This document shows, in pieces, positions 1 to 9,581 of a stretch of 44,228 nucleotides of DNA. The translations under genes and the position numbers were made by a program. Every line of letters starts with the position of its first letter. Positions within the stretch are counted from its first letter, which is position 1. The DNA comes from Candidatus Woesearchaeota archaeon. Its GTDB lineage: Archaea; Nanobdellota; Nanobdellia; Woesearchaeales; WJIZ01. The notes beneath the pieces are model-generated. The model was given only the letters and a program-made list of their open reading frames with translations, had not been told where the DNA came from and made no database searches. Location: the NCBI GenBank assembly GCA_018221205.1, contig JAAOYF010000010.1, positions 1-44,228 of the forward strand, written 5' to 3'.

Positions 1-336
1 AAAGGCATTCCGACCTTGATTGAAGCAGTTACCTTTAGACAAGGCCCCCATACAACAGCTGACGATCCTAAGAAGTATAGGACTGATGAAGATGTCCAGA
101 AATGGCTCTCAAAAGATCCCATAAAGAGGGTGAAAAGATACTTGGAGAAGAAGAAGCTCTGGGACGAGAAGAAAGAAGCAGCACTCCTAAAAGACTGCGA
201 AGAAAAGATTGAGGCAGCTGTCAAGCATATGGAATCAACAACCTACAATAAAGATGATATTTTCCTGCATCATTATGCAGAACTCTCTCAAGAATTGAAA
301 GAACAGTACGAGGAATTCAAGAAATGGCAAAACTGA
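1..336 (+). CDS. pdhA: Pyruvate/2-oxoacid dehydrogenase E1 alpha subunit, C-terminal part (5' truncated by window edge)
   Basis: Frame is open from base 1 (KGIPTLIEAVTFRQGPHTTADDPKKYR). PxLIEAxTxRxxxHTTxDDP is the E1-alpha motif. Overlaps E1-beta. Confidence 0.9.
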   Translation, partial: KGIPTLIEAVTFRQGPHTTADDPKKYRTDEDVQKWLSKDPIKRVKRYLEKKKLWDEKKEAALLKDCEEKIEAAVKHMESTTYNKDDIFLHHYAELSQELKEQYEEFKKWQN

Positions 337-1289
337 CCATGGTACAGGCCTTGAATCAGGCATTCGATCAAGTCATGGCCAAAGATAAAGATGTTGTGCT
401 CTTAGGAGAGGATATAGGGATAGATGGAGGCGTCTTTAGGGTGACAGATGGCCTCATCAAAAAATATCCCGACAGAGTCTTTGATACTCCGTTAGCAGAA
501 GTAGGCATTATCGGAGCATCTATCGGCATGGCAGTATATGGAATGAAACCTGTAGCAGAGATACAATTCATGGGATTTGTCTATCCTGCCATGAATCAGA
601 TTATATCCCATGCAGCACGCTTCCGCAATAGGACAAGAAGCGCTTTGACAGTTCCTATGGTCATAAGGATGCCCTGTCAGGGAGGCATTCGCGCTTTAGA
701 GCACCATTCAGAATCAACAGAATCCTTGTTTGCGCAGATACCCGGCTTGAAAGTCGTCATGCCCGCAACTCCTTATGATGCCAAAGGTCTGATGATTGCT
801 GCTATCAATGATCCCGATCCAGTTATCTTCTTAGAACCGAAGAAAGTATACCGCTCGATAAAAGAAGAAGTGCCAGAAGAGATCTATGAAGTGCCTATTG
901 GAAAAGCTAACATAATCCAAGAAGGCATTGATCTCACCATCATAACATGGGGGACGTATGTGAAGGAAGTGATGGATGCGATAAGAGACTCAAAAGTCTC
1001 GATTGAACTCATTGATCTAAGGACCATCTCCCCTTTGGACAACGAAACGATCATAAATTCAGCGAAAAAGACCGGAAGGGTGTTGATAATCCATGAAGCG
1101 CCGAAGACCTGCAGTGTAGGGGCAGAGATCTCAGCAAGGATAACAGAGAAGGCATTCTTGAATCTGCAGGCCCCGGTCATGAGATTGGCAGGTTATGATA
1201 TAATCATGCCTCTTGCACAAGGAGAGAATCTTTATCTTGTCTCAAAAGAGAGGATCGATGAAAAAATAAAACAGATGATGGAGTTTTAA
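324..1289 (+). CDS. pdhB: Pyruvate/2-oxoacid dehydrogenase E1 beta subunit
   Basis: Motifs GEDIGxxGGVFRVTDGL, DTPLAE, AEIQF, HHSES and DLRTISPLD. Confidence 0.95.
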   Translation: MAKLTMVQALNQAFDQVMAKDKDVVLLGEDIGIDGGVFRVTDGLIKKYPDRVFDTPLAEVGIIGASIGMAVYGMKPVAEIQFMGFVYPAMNQIISHAARFRNRTRSALTVPMVIRMPCQGGIRALEHHSESTESLFAQIPGLKVVMPATPYDAKGLMIAAINDPDPVIFLEPKKVYRSIKEEVPEEIYEVPIGKANIIQEGIDLTIITWGTYVKEVMDAIRDSKVSIELIDLRTISPLDNETIINSAKKTGRVLIIHEAPKTCSVGAEISARITEKAFLNLQAPVMRLAGYDIIMPLAQGENLYLVSKERIDEKIKQMMEF

Positions 1290-1290
1290 G

Positions 1291-2439
1291 ATGGAATTCA
1301 AACTACCCGATTTAGGAGAAGGCCTCGTCGAAGGCAACTTGATTAAATGGCTTGTCAAAGAAGGTGATGTTGTAAAGAAAGACCAGCCTGTTGTCGAAAT
1401 GGAGACAGACAAAGCTGTTGTTGACATTCCTGTACCTGTCGCAGGGACGATCGAAAAGCTCCTGGCTAAAGAGCAGCAGACAGTCAAAGTAGGGGAGGTC
1501 ATCTTCACCATAAAGACCGATGAGATCATTCCTGAGAAAGATACTGATCAAGGCATTGTCGGAAAGACAGAAGCAGGCGCAGAAGAGATCTCCATAAGGA
1601 GAGAGCCGCAAAAGACTGCCGCAACAAGCCAGGCGCTTGCAACACCTGCAGTGAGAAGGCTTGCCCGTAATCTGGATATTGATCTCTCGACCATAAAAGG
1701 CTCAGGAAAAGATGGAAGGATAACCGAGGAAGATCTCAAAGGAGAGAAGACACAGGAGACTGGAGAGATAGAGAGGATACCTCTGAAAGGGATCAGAAAG
1801 TCGATCTCAGATGCCATGACGAATTCTTTGCATAAACTCGCTCAAGCAACTCATTTTGACAGGGCAGATGTCACAAAACTGGTGGCGTTAAGAGAGCAAA
1901 AGAAAAAACAAGGGAAAAGCATGACCTATCTTCCTTATTTCGTCAAGACTGTTTTACAATTACTGAAGAAATATCCGACATTCAATGCCTCCATGGAAGG
2001 AGAGGAGATTGTCCTGAAAAAATTCTACAATATGGGCATCGCAGTCAATACTGAACATGGTCTGTTGGTTCCCAATATCAAGGATGCTGATAAGAGATCG
2101 TTGCAGGAGCTTGCTGATGATATAGCACAGCTCGCTAAGAATGCAAGAGACAGGAAGCTCACTCGTGAAGACATGAAAAACGGAACATTCACCATAACCA
2201 ATATCGGCAGCTTAGGAGGCATATATTATACACCCATCATCAATTATCCTGAATCAGCTATCCTGGCTATAGGAAAGCTCCAGGACGAGCCCATTGTCAG
2301 GGAAGGCAAAGTAGAGATAAGGAAGATAGCCCATCTTTCTCTCACCTATGATCACCGCCTGATTGATGGTGCAGAAGCCCAATTATTTCTGAATGAGATA
2401 ATCGGTCAGCTGGAATCTCCAGCATCTTTGGATGAATGA
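1291..2439 (+). CDS. pdhC: Dihydrolipoamide acyltransferase E2
   Basis: Single lipoyl domain (ETDKA), E3-binding domain (ATPAVRRLAR...GSGKDGRITEEDL) and catalytic DHRLIDG. Confidence 0.95.
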   Translation: MEFKLPDLGEGLVEGNLIKWLVKEGDVVKKDQPVVEMETDKAVVDIPVPVAGTIEKLLAKEQQTVKVGEVIFTIKTDEIIPEKDTDQGIVGKTEAGAEEISIRREPQKTAATSQALATPAVRRLARNLDIDLSTIKGSGKDGRITEEDLKGEKTQETGEIERIPLKGIRKSISDAMTNSLHKLAQATHFDRADVTKLVALREQKKKQGKSMTYLPYFVKTVLQLLKKYPTFNASMEGEEIVLKKFYNMGIAVNTEHGLLVPNIKDADKRSLQELADDIAQLAKNARDRKLTREDMKNGTFTITNIGSLGGIYYTPIINYPESAILAIGKLQDEPIVREGKVEIRKIAHLSLTYDHRLIDGAEAQLFLNEIIGQLESPASLDE

Positions 2440-3191
2440 TTCATCATTCTGACGAAGAAATAGATCGCTGCGATCACCATAGCGATGCTTAAGTATTGTC
2501 CCATACCTAACCCGAATAACTTTGCTTCTTCTCTCCAGAAATCAGTGAATATCCTGAAGACACCATACCCAAGGACGAATGTCCAGAAGCTCACTCCAGC
2601 CATCTTCTGCTTCTGATAGATCTTGAAGACAACATAGAACAGGATAAGGTGAGTAAGGGCAGCATAGATTTGATAAGGGTGCCTGCAGAAGTTATCGACA
2701 AGAGTAAATTTGACGCACCAAGGGACATTTCCCACAATACCCACCAGTTCTTGATTCGTAAAGTTCGCGATTCGTCCTAAGGTCAATCCCAAAGCAGCAG
2801 GAATGACAGAAGCATCTATGATATTCATCACGCCGATTTTATGTTTCTTGCTGAAAAAATAGACAGCAACGACTGCCCCGATCAAGCCGCCATGGAAACT
2901 CAGGCCGCCTTGCCAGATAAAGAGGAGATCCCAGGGAGTAGAGAATATCACTAAAGGATTGAAGAACACAAAATGGAATATTCTAGCGCCCACGACAATG
3001 CCGATCAAAAGATACAAGATAAGATCGTCTACCTTCTCTAAGGGCAGATTCAGCTTCTCTTCTTTGACATAATAGCGGAAGAATAAGTAGGCGATGACAA
3101 ATCCCAAAGCATAGATAAGGCCATAATACCTGATTTCTAAGAATCCAAGCTTCAATAGGACAGGATTGATATTATTGACGAACATACGCAT
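2406..3191 (-). CDS. lgt: Prolipoprotein diacylglyceryl transferase
   Basis: Lgt motifs RYYGLIY, GARI, WQGGLSFHGG, GRIANFTNQELVG, RHPYQIY and YGVFRIFTDFWR. Multi-pass hydrophobic protein. Confidence 0.92.
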   Translation of the reverse strand: MRMFVNNINPVLLKLGFLEIRYYGLIYALGFVIAYLFFRYYVKEEKLNLPLEKVDDLILYLLIGIVVGARIFHFVFFNPLVIFSTPWDLLFIWQGGLSFHGGLIGAVVAVYFFSKKHKIGVMNIIDASVIPAALGLTLGRIANFTNQELVGIVGNVPWCVKFTLVDNFCRHPYQIYAALTHLILFYVVFKIYQKQKMAGVSFWTFVLGYGVFRIFTDFWREEAKLFGLGMGQYLSIAMVIAAIYFFVRMMNHSSKDAGDSS

Positions 3192-3257
3192 TGTGAAGGC
3201 ATGCCCTATATAAATATTTTTGGAAGTTACATAATCACGTTCTCTTTAGGTTGCCTT

Positions 3258-3319
3258 GGGGAACTTCGGAAAAACGAAGTTCCCCCCCGTGCTCTTTTAC
3301 GAGATTTTCGAAAAATCTC
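3258..3319. repeat. Intergenic double-hairpin element (copy 1)
   Basis: GGGGAACTTCG-GAAAAA-CGAAGTTCCCC (11-bp perfect stem, 3258-3285) and GAGATTTT-CGA-AAAATCTC (3301-3319). Confidence 0.75.
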
Positions 3320-3358
3320 CAGGAAAGATATTTAAAGCTCTCTCAGAGAGATTCCAGC

Positions 3359-3799
3359 ATGGTTGAGAAATCCCTCATAGAATGGGCCTTGTATTATTTC
3401 AAGAGCAAAGACGCATTCCAGAAGAAGATAGTCTCCATAAAGAAACATTTTCCTTATCTCGATATCCAATACAAAGACAAGAAAGAGACAATCATCTGCT
3501 GTCCAGAGCTGGACCAATGCGAGATCAAAGATTATACCATAATAACCCTGAACAGGAGGAAAAACGTCGAATTTCTCCATGATAACTGGAAAAGGCTCTC
3601 CTCACTACCAGAGCTAAAGATATACTTTATAAACCCGTTCTCAACATCAGAGAAGAGATGGATTATTCATCCCTTCACCCATAACAAGATATGCGATGAA
3701 GAAAGTCTAAAAACAGGCCTCTTGGCCATGTTCGAGACAGTCGAGCCCATTACACTTGAATTGTTCAAGAAACGGCAGTACAGAGCCATGGAGGAGTAA
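3359..3799 (+). CDS. Hypothetical protein (soluble, ~146 aa)
   Basis: ATG at 3359 lies ~25 nt after TTTAAA. The longer TTG start at 3251 would run through the hairpins. No family recognised with confidence. Confidence 0.75.
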   Translation: MVEKSLIEWALYYFKSKDAFQKKIVSIKKHFPYLDIQYKDKKETIICCPELDQCEIKDYTIITLNRRKNVEFLHDNWKRLSSLPELKIYFINPFSTSEKRWIIHPFTHNKICDEESLKTGLLAMFETVEPITLELFKKRQYRAMEE

Positions 3800-3928
3800 C
3801 GGGGGTCAACTAACTTACACCGGGCTATGCCCAATACCGTTATCAGATCCGTTAAATTCTTTCATGGCGTATTTTTGCCTTTCTCTATACAACATACCTT
3901 TAAAAATCCATAATCGTTCTTCTCGTGT

Positions 3929-6310
3929 ATGCTTTTAAAACAACGGCCAGATTTGATGGCTCAAATCCGGAAAGGAGTAGCCGAACATCATCCAGGAAGA
4001 CTCGAACAACTAGAAGCCACAATGGCAAGTTATACAGGAGATGCTCATGCACTCGAACAATGGCTTCTTACCTTTGATTCTGATGATCCCTGGATAGCAT
4101 CCGAAAATGCAATTCTGACAGGAGACATCCGCAGAAAAAAAGAGGAAGGGGAGCAACCCATTGCAAAAAGCGATGCCTCAGGCCAGGATGTGTACAGGCA
4201 GCTTTTTGTCTTTCAGTCAAAGACAACTGGATTGACATGGAAAGCAGGAAGTCAAGGCTCCCTGAAAGTGCTCGAGACGTGGGGAACTCCTGAGCTAAGG
4301 GCCAAATATGATCCGGAGCAGAAAGCCCAAACAGCTAAGGAAAAAAAGCAGCAATGGTCCGAAACTATAGGAGATATCCCTTCTACATTAGAAGAGATCC
4401 TACAAGATCCTTCAACAGTGAAGGACGTTTTGACTCTAGAATTACGGAAGCGTTTGTATAAGATACTTGACTTGGAAGAGATCAAAAGCAGATTAAGGGA
4501 TCTTGACCAAACGATCCATGGAGAACTAGCTTTTGTCGATCCTACCAAAACATCAAGTCTTCTATCTATGGCTCCAAATGGAAGGATATTTGGCTGGTTA
4601 CGAAGACAGTATGAGACGCTTCCAGAAGAGATCAAAGACTTGCTAACGAGTGTAGAGAGCAGTATTGTATCCATGAGTGATTCGGATAGGAAATTGAAGA
4701 TGGGGGCATTGATGATTTACGCAGCAAGGGAGATGCCTATTAACAGAGACGCTGCTATCGGTGGATATCTACGCGATTTCGATTATCTAACTGAACTTAC
4801 ACTTGATGATCCTGATAGTGGATATGACCAGCCTAATCTTTATCGGATAAGAGATATCATCCGAAGAGAAGAGATAACCTTGCTTGATATCCCTAGGATC
4901 CTTCAAGCACCGACCTTAGGCAAAAAGAATATCCGTCAAGCACGTATAGAGATTAACAAAAAATATTTTAGCCGATTCAAGAAAGAGATTGCAACAGGAG
5001 TAGGGGAACTCACATCCCTGTTCATGAAAGACGGCAAATGGCTTCCTGATGCTTACCGTCTAGAAGTCCCTGTGAAGAGACTGGAGGATACAGAGTACTG
5101 GACCCCTTTGATGCAGGGTGATTTCAAGGCTGTGATGAGTTATCTAAGGCTTAAGACACTATCGAGGACAGAGCAATACTTCCCCGGAGCACAATCAATA
5201 GTAGAATTCAAAGATACCGTCGACAATATGACACTGACCATAAGGAAAGTGAAGTATTGGAAAGAGGAAGGAAAACCATTACCCAGAGTGAAGAATTATC
5301 GTATCGCAGAGAATTTCAAAGCAAAACACGGAATGTCCATTGATGAATTCATAGGAAGAGCCCAAGATGCCTTGCCTGAGAATAAAGAGTGGAGAAAAAT
5401 CAGTGGAAAAGTTGAAGATGAGAATAAGTTCGGCCTCTATCAGGATACAAAAGAAATTCAAGCAATAGTGACCGAAGCAAGGAAAGCAATAGCGAGTACT
5501 GATATAACAGAGCTTCTCAAAGATACACGATTTGTCCTGACTCATCCTTTAGCTTTCGAAGTCAAGCAAAGTATTCCTGAAAAGCAATATTATACTCCAG
5601 AGGAAGTCCAGCTCATCAAACAAATCGCACCTATAAGCAAAAAATTGCCGAGGGGAGAACTCGATGAAGCAGCTGTACAGCAGCGAAAGGATTATGAAGG
5701 CGCAAACCTCTTTCAAGGGACTTTAACCTCAGTTAAACGTCCACGGTTAGGATTCGGCGATTCAGAGCAGCTAGTGATTGATAGAGAACGGAAAATGTCA
5801 TATCTGGACCCACAGAGATGGCAAGAGCAATTACGAGATTTTAATGATAGATTTGAGAAACCAACCGAAGAATGGGCAAAAAAAGCAGCATATCTAGGCA
5901 GCAATGGCTCCGGATATCTAAAACAAGCTGCACAAGTTGAAACAAATAATACTACCACATTTTTCTTTGGATTGAATACTCAACAGGATTACGTAGAGAA
6001 ATCATTAGTAAAAGAAGTTGAAGAAGCGTACAAAAAACTTGAAGAGCATATTCAAGTACAGAAAACAGTGATGGAAGATTTTGTAAAATTAAGCAAAGCA
6101 CAATTATATGATGCATTTACTGTGCATGTGAAGAATACCTCGCCCCAGGACGGAGGAAGATTTGCCAGGACGTTTGGGAGAAGATTTGAATTCAGAAGAG
6201 ATCACTGGGAATCAAGAAGTCCTATGTCAAAAGGAGAGATTATAGGTCTAACCTATGAATTGCATGATTATAATAAAGAACATAGAAGAGAATTAAGATT
6301 AGAAATTTAG
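3929..6310 (+). CDS. Large hypothetical protein (793 aa; start may be 3956)
   Basis: 2.4-kb uninterrupted ORF with TTTAAAAA upstream. No recognisable motif. Confidence 0.8.
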   Translation: MLLKQRPDLMAQIRKGVAEHHPGRLEQLEATMASYTGDAHALEQWLLTFDSDDPWIASENAILTGDIRRKKEEGEQPIAKSDASGQDVYRQLFVFQSKTTGLTWKAGSQGSLKVLETWGTPELRAKYDPEQKAQTAKEKKQQWSETIGDIPSTLEEILQDPSTVKDVLTLELRKRLYKILDLEEIKSRLRDLDQTIHGELAFVDPTKTSSLLSMAPNGRIFGWLRRQYETLPEEIKDLLTSVESSIVSMSDSDRKLKMGALMIYAAREMPINRDAAIGGYLRDFDYLTELTLDDPDSGYDQPNLYRIRDIIRREEITLLDIPRILQAPTLGKKNIRQARIEINKKYFSRFKKEIATGVGELTSLFMKDGKWLPDAYRLEVPVKRLEDTEYWTPLMQGDFKAVMSYLRLKTLSRTEQYFPGAQSIVEFKDTVDNMTLTIRKVKYWKEEGKPLPRVKNYRIAENFKAKHGMSIDEFIGRAQDALPENKEWRKISGKVEDENKFGLYQDTKEIQAIVTEARKAIASTDITELLKDTRFVLTHPLAFEVKQSIPEKQYYTPEEVQLIKQIAPISKKLPRGELDEAAVQQRKDYEGANLFQGTLTSVKRPRLGFGDSEQLVIDRERKMSYLDPQRWQEQLRDFNDRFEKPTEEWAKKAAYLGSNGSGYLKQAAQVETNNTTTFFFGLNTQQDYVEKSLVKEVEEAYKKLEEHIQVQKTVMEDFVKLSKAQLYDAFTVHVKNTSPQDGGRFARTFGRRFEFRRDHWESRSPMSKGEIIGLTYELHDYNKEHRRELRLEI

Positions 6311-6579
6311 CTTTCTTCCCCGCCTTCTGAATAATTAGGGACTGCAGCCTTGCTGATGATCATCACATCACCGATGCTTTTGACAAGCTGGTGAGGCACG
6401 ATAACACCTTTCGCAGAGCCAAGAACCTTGCTTAAGAAGCTTGTTTTAGATGCCCTTACTCTCCAGCCAAAGACCTTGGTCTGAAGCAGGATGCTTTCTT
6501 CCACATCTCCAAAATAATCGCCAGTATCAGTAAAGACCTTCATATCGTACGTTTCCGAGAGTTTTTTCATTTTTAGCAT
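6307..6579 (-). CDS. PRC-barrel domain protein (archaeal CdpB-like cell-division family candidate)
   Basis: Pattern MKVFTDTGDYFGDVEE...VIVPHQLVKSIGDVMII. Archaeal SD AGGTGA upstream. Confidence 0.8.
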   Translation of the reverse strand: MLKMKKLSETYDMKVFTDTGDYFGDVEESILLQTKVFGWRVRASKTSFLSKVLGSAKGVIVPHQLVKSIGDVMIISKAAVPNYSEGGEES

Positions 6580-6627
6580 AGTATCACCTTTTCATTTTCC
6601 AGTGACGATAATTTATAAATCTTTTGA

Positions 6628-7182
6628 TTAGACCTTTTTATACCGAAAACAGCCCACTTCATGGTCATTCACCATGCCTACAGCCTGCATGAAGGCATAG
6701 CAGATAGTGCTGCCGACAAATTTAAACCCCCTTTTCTTCAGGTCCTTGCTCATCTTATCAGAAAGATCAGTGAAAGCAGGCAATTCCTTCATGGATTTGA
6801 ACGTATTCTTGATAGGCTTATGATTGACAAAGCCCCAGATATACTTGTCAAAGCTGCCAAACTCCTTCTGGATACGCAAAAAAGCCCGTGCATTCAGCAC
6901 AGCAGCATCAACCTTCAATCGATTCCGTATGATGCCTACATCCTGAAGCAATTCTTTCTTTTTCTTCGCATCATACCGAGCGATCTTTCGAGCATCAAAT
7001 TTGTCAAAAGCTTTCCGATAACCCCCTCTTCTTTTCAGAATCGTGCTCCAGCTTAATCCAGCCTGAGCACCCTCAAGAATCAACATCTCAAATAAATGAC
7101 GATCATCATGATTGGGCAATCCCCATTCCTGGTCATGATACTCGATCATGTTCTCATGCGCTCCCCATTGACATCGTTTCAT
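6628..7182 (-). CDS. tag: DNA-3-methyladenine glycosylase I
   Basis: RCQW, YHDQEWG, LEGAQAGLSW, IIRNRLK, GFKFVG and GMVNDH...C. Start taken at MKRC. Confidence 0.95.
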   Translation of the reverse strand: MKRCQWGAHENMIEYHDQEWGLPNHDDRHLFEMLILEGAQAGLSWSTILKRRGGYRKAFDKFDARKIARYDAKKKKELLQDVGIIRNRLKVDAAVLNARAFLRIQKEFGSFDKYIWGFVNHKPIKNTFKSMKELPAFTDLSDKMSKDLKKRGFKFVGSTICYAFMQAVGMVNDHEVGCFRYKKV

Positions 7183-7254
7183 GGAAAAAGTAAGCAAAAA
7201 CACCCTTAAATACCTTTGCAAAACCATTTAAACCTTTTATTATACCCATAAACC

Positions 7255-7962
7255 ATGAACAAATTCGAGAATCTGTACATAATAGGCACTTCCCATATCT
7301 CCAAGCAGTCCATAAAGGAGATCCATGAAGCGTTCTCTAAAATCAAGCCTGATTTTGTGGCTGTAGAGCTTGATAGGAACAGATTATACGCGCTGATGTC
7401 CCCAAAACAAGGCAAACCATCCTTCTATGACATCAGAAGAATCGGCCTGAAAGGCTTCCTTTTTGCGTTGATAGGTTCATGGGCAGCAAAAAAGCTCGGC
7501 AAGATGGTCGGAGTCATGCCCGGAGATGAGATGAAATCAGCCATAATGCTCGCGAAGAAAAATAAGGTAAAAATAGCATTGATAGACCAGCATATCGAAG
7601 TCACATTGAAGAGATTCTCAAAAAAGCTGTCATGGAAAGAGCGATGGCGCCTTTTGGTAGACCTCTTTAAAGGATTCGTTTTAAGGAAGAAGGATCCCTT
7701 GGTAAATTTTGACCTCTCTAAAGTGCCGAGTAATAAATTGATCAGGATGATGCTTGAAAAGATCAAAGAACGCTATCCGAATATCCATAAGGTCCTCATC
7801 GAAGAGAGAAATTATTACATGGCAAGAAAGCTCAAGAGCCTTATGAAGGCACACCAAGACAAAAAGATATTGGCAGTCATAGGGGCAGGCCACGAAGAGG
7901 AAATATTGAGGATATTGAAAGAGCACCAAGGCATCACTTATTCTTTCTCGGTGAAGGCATGA
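7255..7962 (+). CDS. TraB/GumN (pheromone shutdown) family protein
   Basis: IIGTSHIS, VAVELD..R, PGDEM, LID, ERN and VIGAGH. Confidence 0.88.
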   Translation: MNKFENLYIIGTSHISKQSIKEIHEAFSKIKPDFVAVELDRNRLYALMSPKQGKPSFYDIRRIGLKGFLFALIGSWAAKKLGKMVGVMPGDEMKSAIMLAKKNKVKIALIDQHIEVTLKRFSKKLSWKERWRLLVDLFKGFVLRKKDPLVNFDLSKVPSNKLIRMMLEKIKERYPNIHKVLIEERNYYMARKLKSLMKAHQDKKILAVIGAGHEEEILRILKEHQGITYSFSVKA

Positions 7963-8393
7963 AACCTCCACAATATGCACTGCTATTCCTAATTACATTC
8001 AGTCTCTTACATATTTTCTATCCGGTCTGGAAGATCATCTCCTTTCCTTATACCCTCATGGGCATACTGATAACTGTTTTAGGGTTCATCTTCATGATGA
8101 AAGCCCATTCCCTCTTCAGGAAAGCAGGAACAGGAGTTTCTCATGCGCATTCCACAACAACAGTCGTCACAACAGGCCCCTACACCCTGACAAGAAATCC
8201 TATGTATATCGGAATGATAGCCATCTTATTTGGTTTTGCGACCTTTGCAGGATCGCTCATTTCTTTCTTTGCTCCCCTGACGCTTTTCTTCATCCTGAAC
8301 ACATTCTATGTACCAAGAGAGGAGCAGAAGATGGAGAAGCAGTTCGGCAAAAGATACCTCAACTATAAGAAGAAAGTCCGAAGATGGCTATAA
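7959..8393 (+). CDS. Isoprenylcysteine carboxyl methyltransferase / PEMT-like membrane methyltransferase
   Basis: VTTGPY..TRNPMY.G, EE....FG..Y..YK.KV.RW, plus transmembrane segments. Confidence 0.85.
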   Translation: MKPPQYALLFLITFSLLHIFYPVWKIISFPYTLMGILITVLGFIFMMKAHSLFRKAGTGVSHAHSTTTVVTTGPYTLTRNPMYIGMIAILFGFATFAGSLISFFAPLTLFFILNTFYVPREEQKMEKQFGKRYLNYKKKVRRWL

Positions 8394-8428
8394 CAATATT
8401 TATATAGACTGATTCTAGAGGAAGAGCT

Positions 8429-9190
8429 ATGAACTTAACCTTTGATTGGATTGATAAGATAAAGCGCTATAGCAAGTTCTCTGGTAAGGAATTGAGAGGA
8501 GGCTTGATAACGATCCTTGTCCTCGCCTTCATGGTTTCCTTCAATGATTGGGGACCAGGCAACCAGGTTGATATCGGCATTGGCCTGACAAGCTTTCTCG
8601 GAGCTCTTCTGATTGTCGCTATTTCATTTTTCATAAGGCAATGGATACAGAAGATTGTCGCATTAGGGGCAGATTTCCAGGCAGAGTACAAATTATGGTC
8701 TTTCGGCTTGCTAGGCACATTGCTGATAGCAGCCCTCACAAAAGGAAAATTTTGGTTCATCATTCCAGGAGGCATCATCATCCATTATCTGGTGGGGCAC
8801 AGGCTTGGCTGGGTCCGCTATGGATTGAATTATTTTGGCGTTGGAGTCGTCTCGATGGCAGGCCCATTGGCAAACATTGTATTGGCGATGATTTTTCGCA
8901 CCTTGTTTGATTTCACAGGGATTGCGTTCTTCCATACTGCATTCATCTTCAACATTATCTGGGCATTATGGACATCTATCCCTATTCCTCCGACAGATGG
9001 CTCAAGGATGTTCTTCGGCTCACGATTGGTGTATATGTACACCTTAGCAGTCGTTGTCTCATCTGCTATTCTCCTGTATGCAAATTTTAATATATTCCTC
9101 ACTATTTTAGCTTCATTAGCCCTGGCATGGATATGGTGGCTGATCTATTATCTTGCCTGGGAACGATATAATTGGATGGGTCCGTACTGA
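8429..9190 (+). CDS. Site-2-protease (M50)-like membrane protein lacking HExxH
   Basis: AGPLAN and IPIPPTDG motifs are present. RQWIQ sits where HExxH is expected. Confidence 0.7.
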   Translation: MNLTFDWIDKIKRYSKFSGKELRGGLITILVLAFMVSFNDWGPGNQVDIGIGLTSFLGALLIVAISFFIRQWIQKIVALGADFQAEYKLWSFGLLGTLLIAALTKGKFWFIIPGGIIIHYLVGHRLGWVRYGLNYFGVGVVSMAGPLANIVLAMIFRTLFDFTGIAFFHTAFIFNIIWALWTSIPIPPTDGSRMFFGSRLVYMYTLAVVVSSAILLYANFNIFLTILASLALAWIWWLIYYLAWERYNWMGPY

Positions 9191-9543
9191 TGAGAATAAG
9201 ATTGTTGAAGGGCAAGAAAGGTTTTTCCTATCTGGATGACTGGGCAGAGCTCTTCTTCTTCATCCTCTTGTTTACAGGCCTTATCTTCGGCACGCTCTCA
9301 CCAAGTGCCATTATCACTTATTTTATTGCCATCTTATTGGGATTCATGGCCGGAAGGCTGATGTTCTTCAGGAAAGGAACATTGAAAGCACCTTATTTGT
9401 TGATTATCATCGGTTTTGTGATAGGCTATGTCATAGGGACATTCCACGGCGATAAGCGCATCTCATTCCTGCTCTTCATAGTTGGAGCGATAGTCAGCTA
9501 CCGGCTCTATGCAAAAGGCATTATCAAGGATATTCTCTATTAA
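9190..9543 (+). CDS. Small membrane protein (about 4 TM segments)
   Basis: TGATG stop/start overlap with the upstream gene. Hydrophobic segments. Confidence 0.75.
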   Translation: MRIRLLKGKKGFSYLDDWAELFFFILLFTGLIFGTLSPSAIITYFIAILLGFMAGRLMFFRKGTLKAPYLLIIIGFVIGYVIGTFHGDKRISFLLFIVGAIVSYRLYAKGIIKDILY

Positions 9544-9581
9544 ACGTTAGTTTTTTAAGAGCGGATTCTCTCCCTGGAGCA

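Noticed and set aside
7959..8393. ICMT/PEMT-like gene as part of the phospholipid pathway
   Set aside because: The family is widespread with varied substrates, and the gene lies ~19 kb from the lipid locus.
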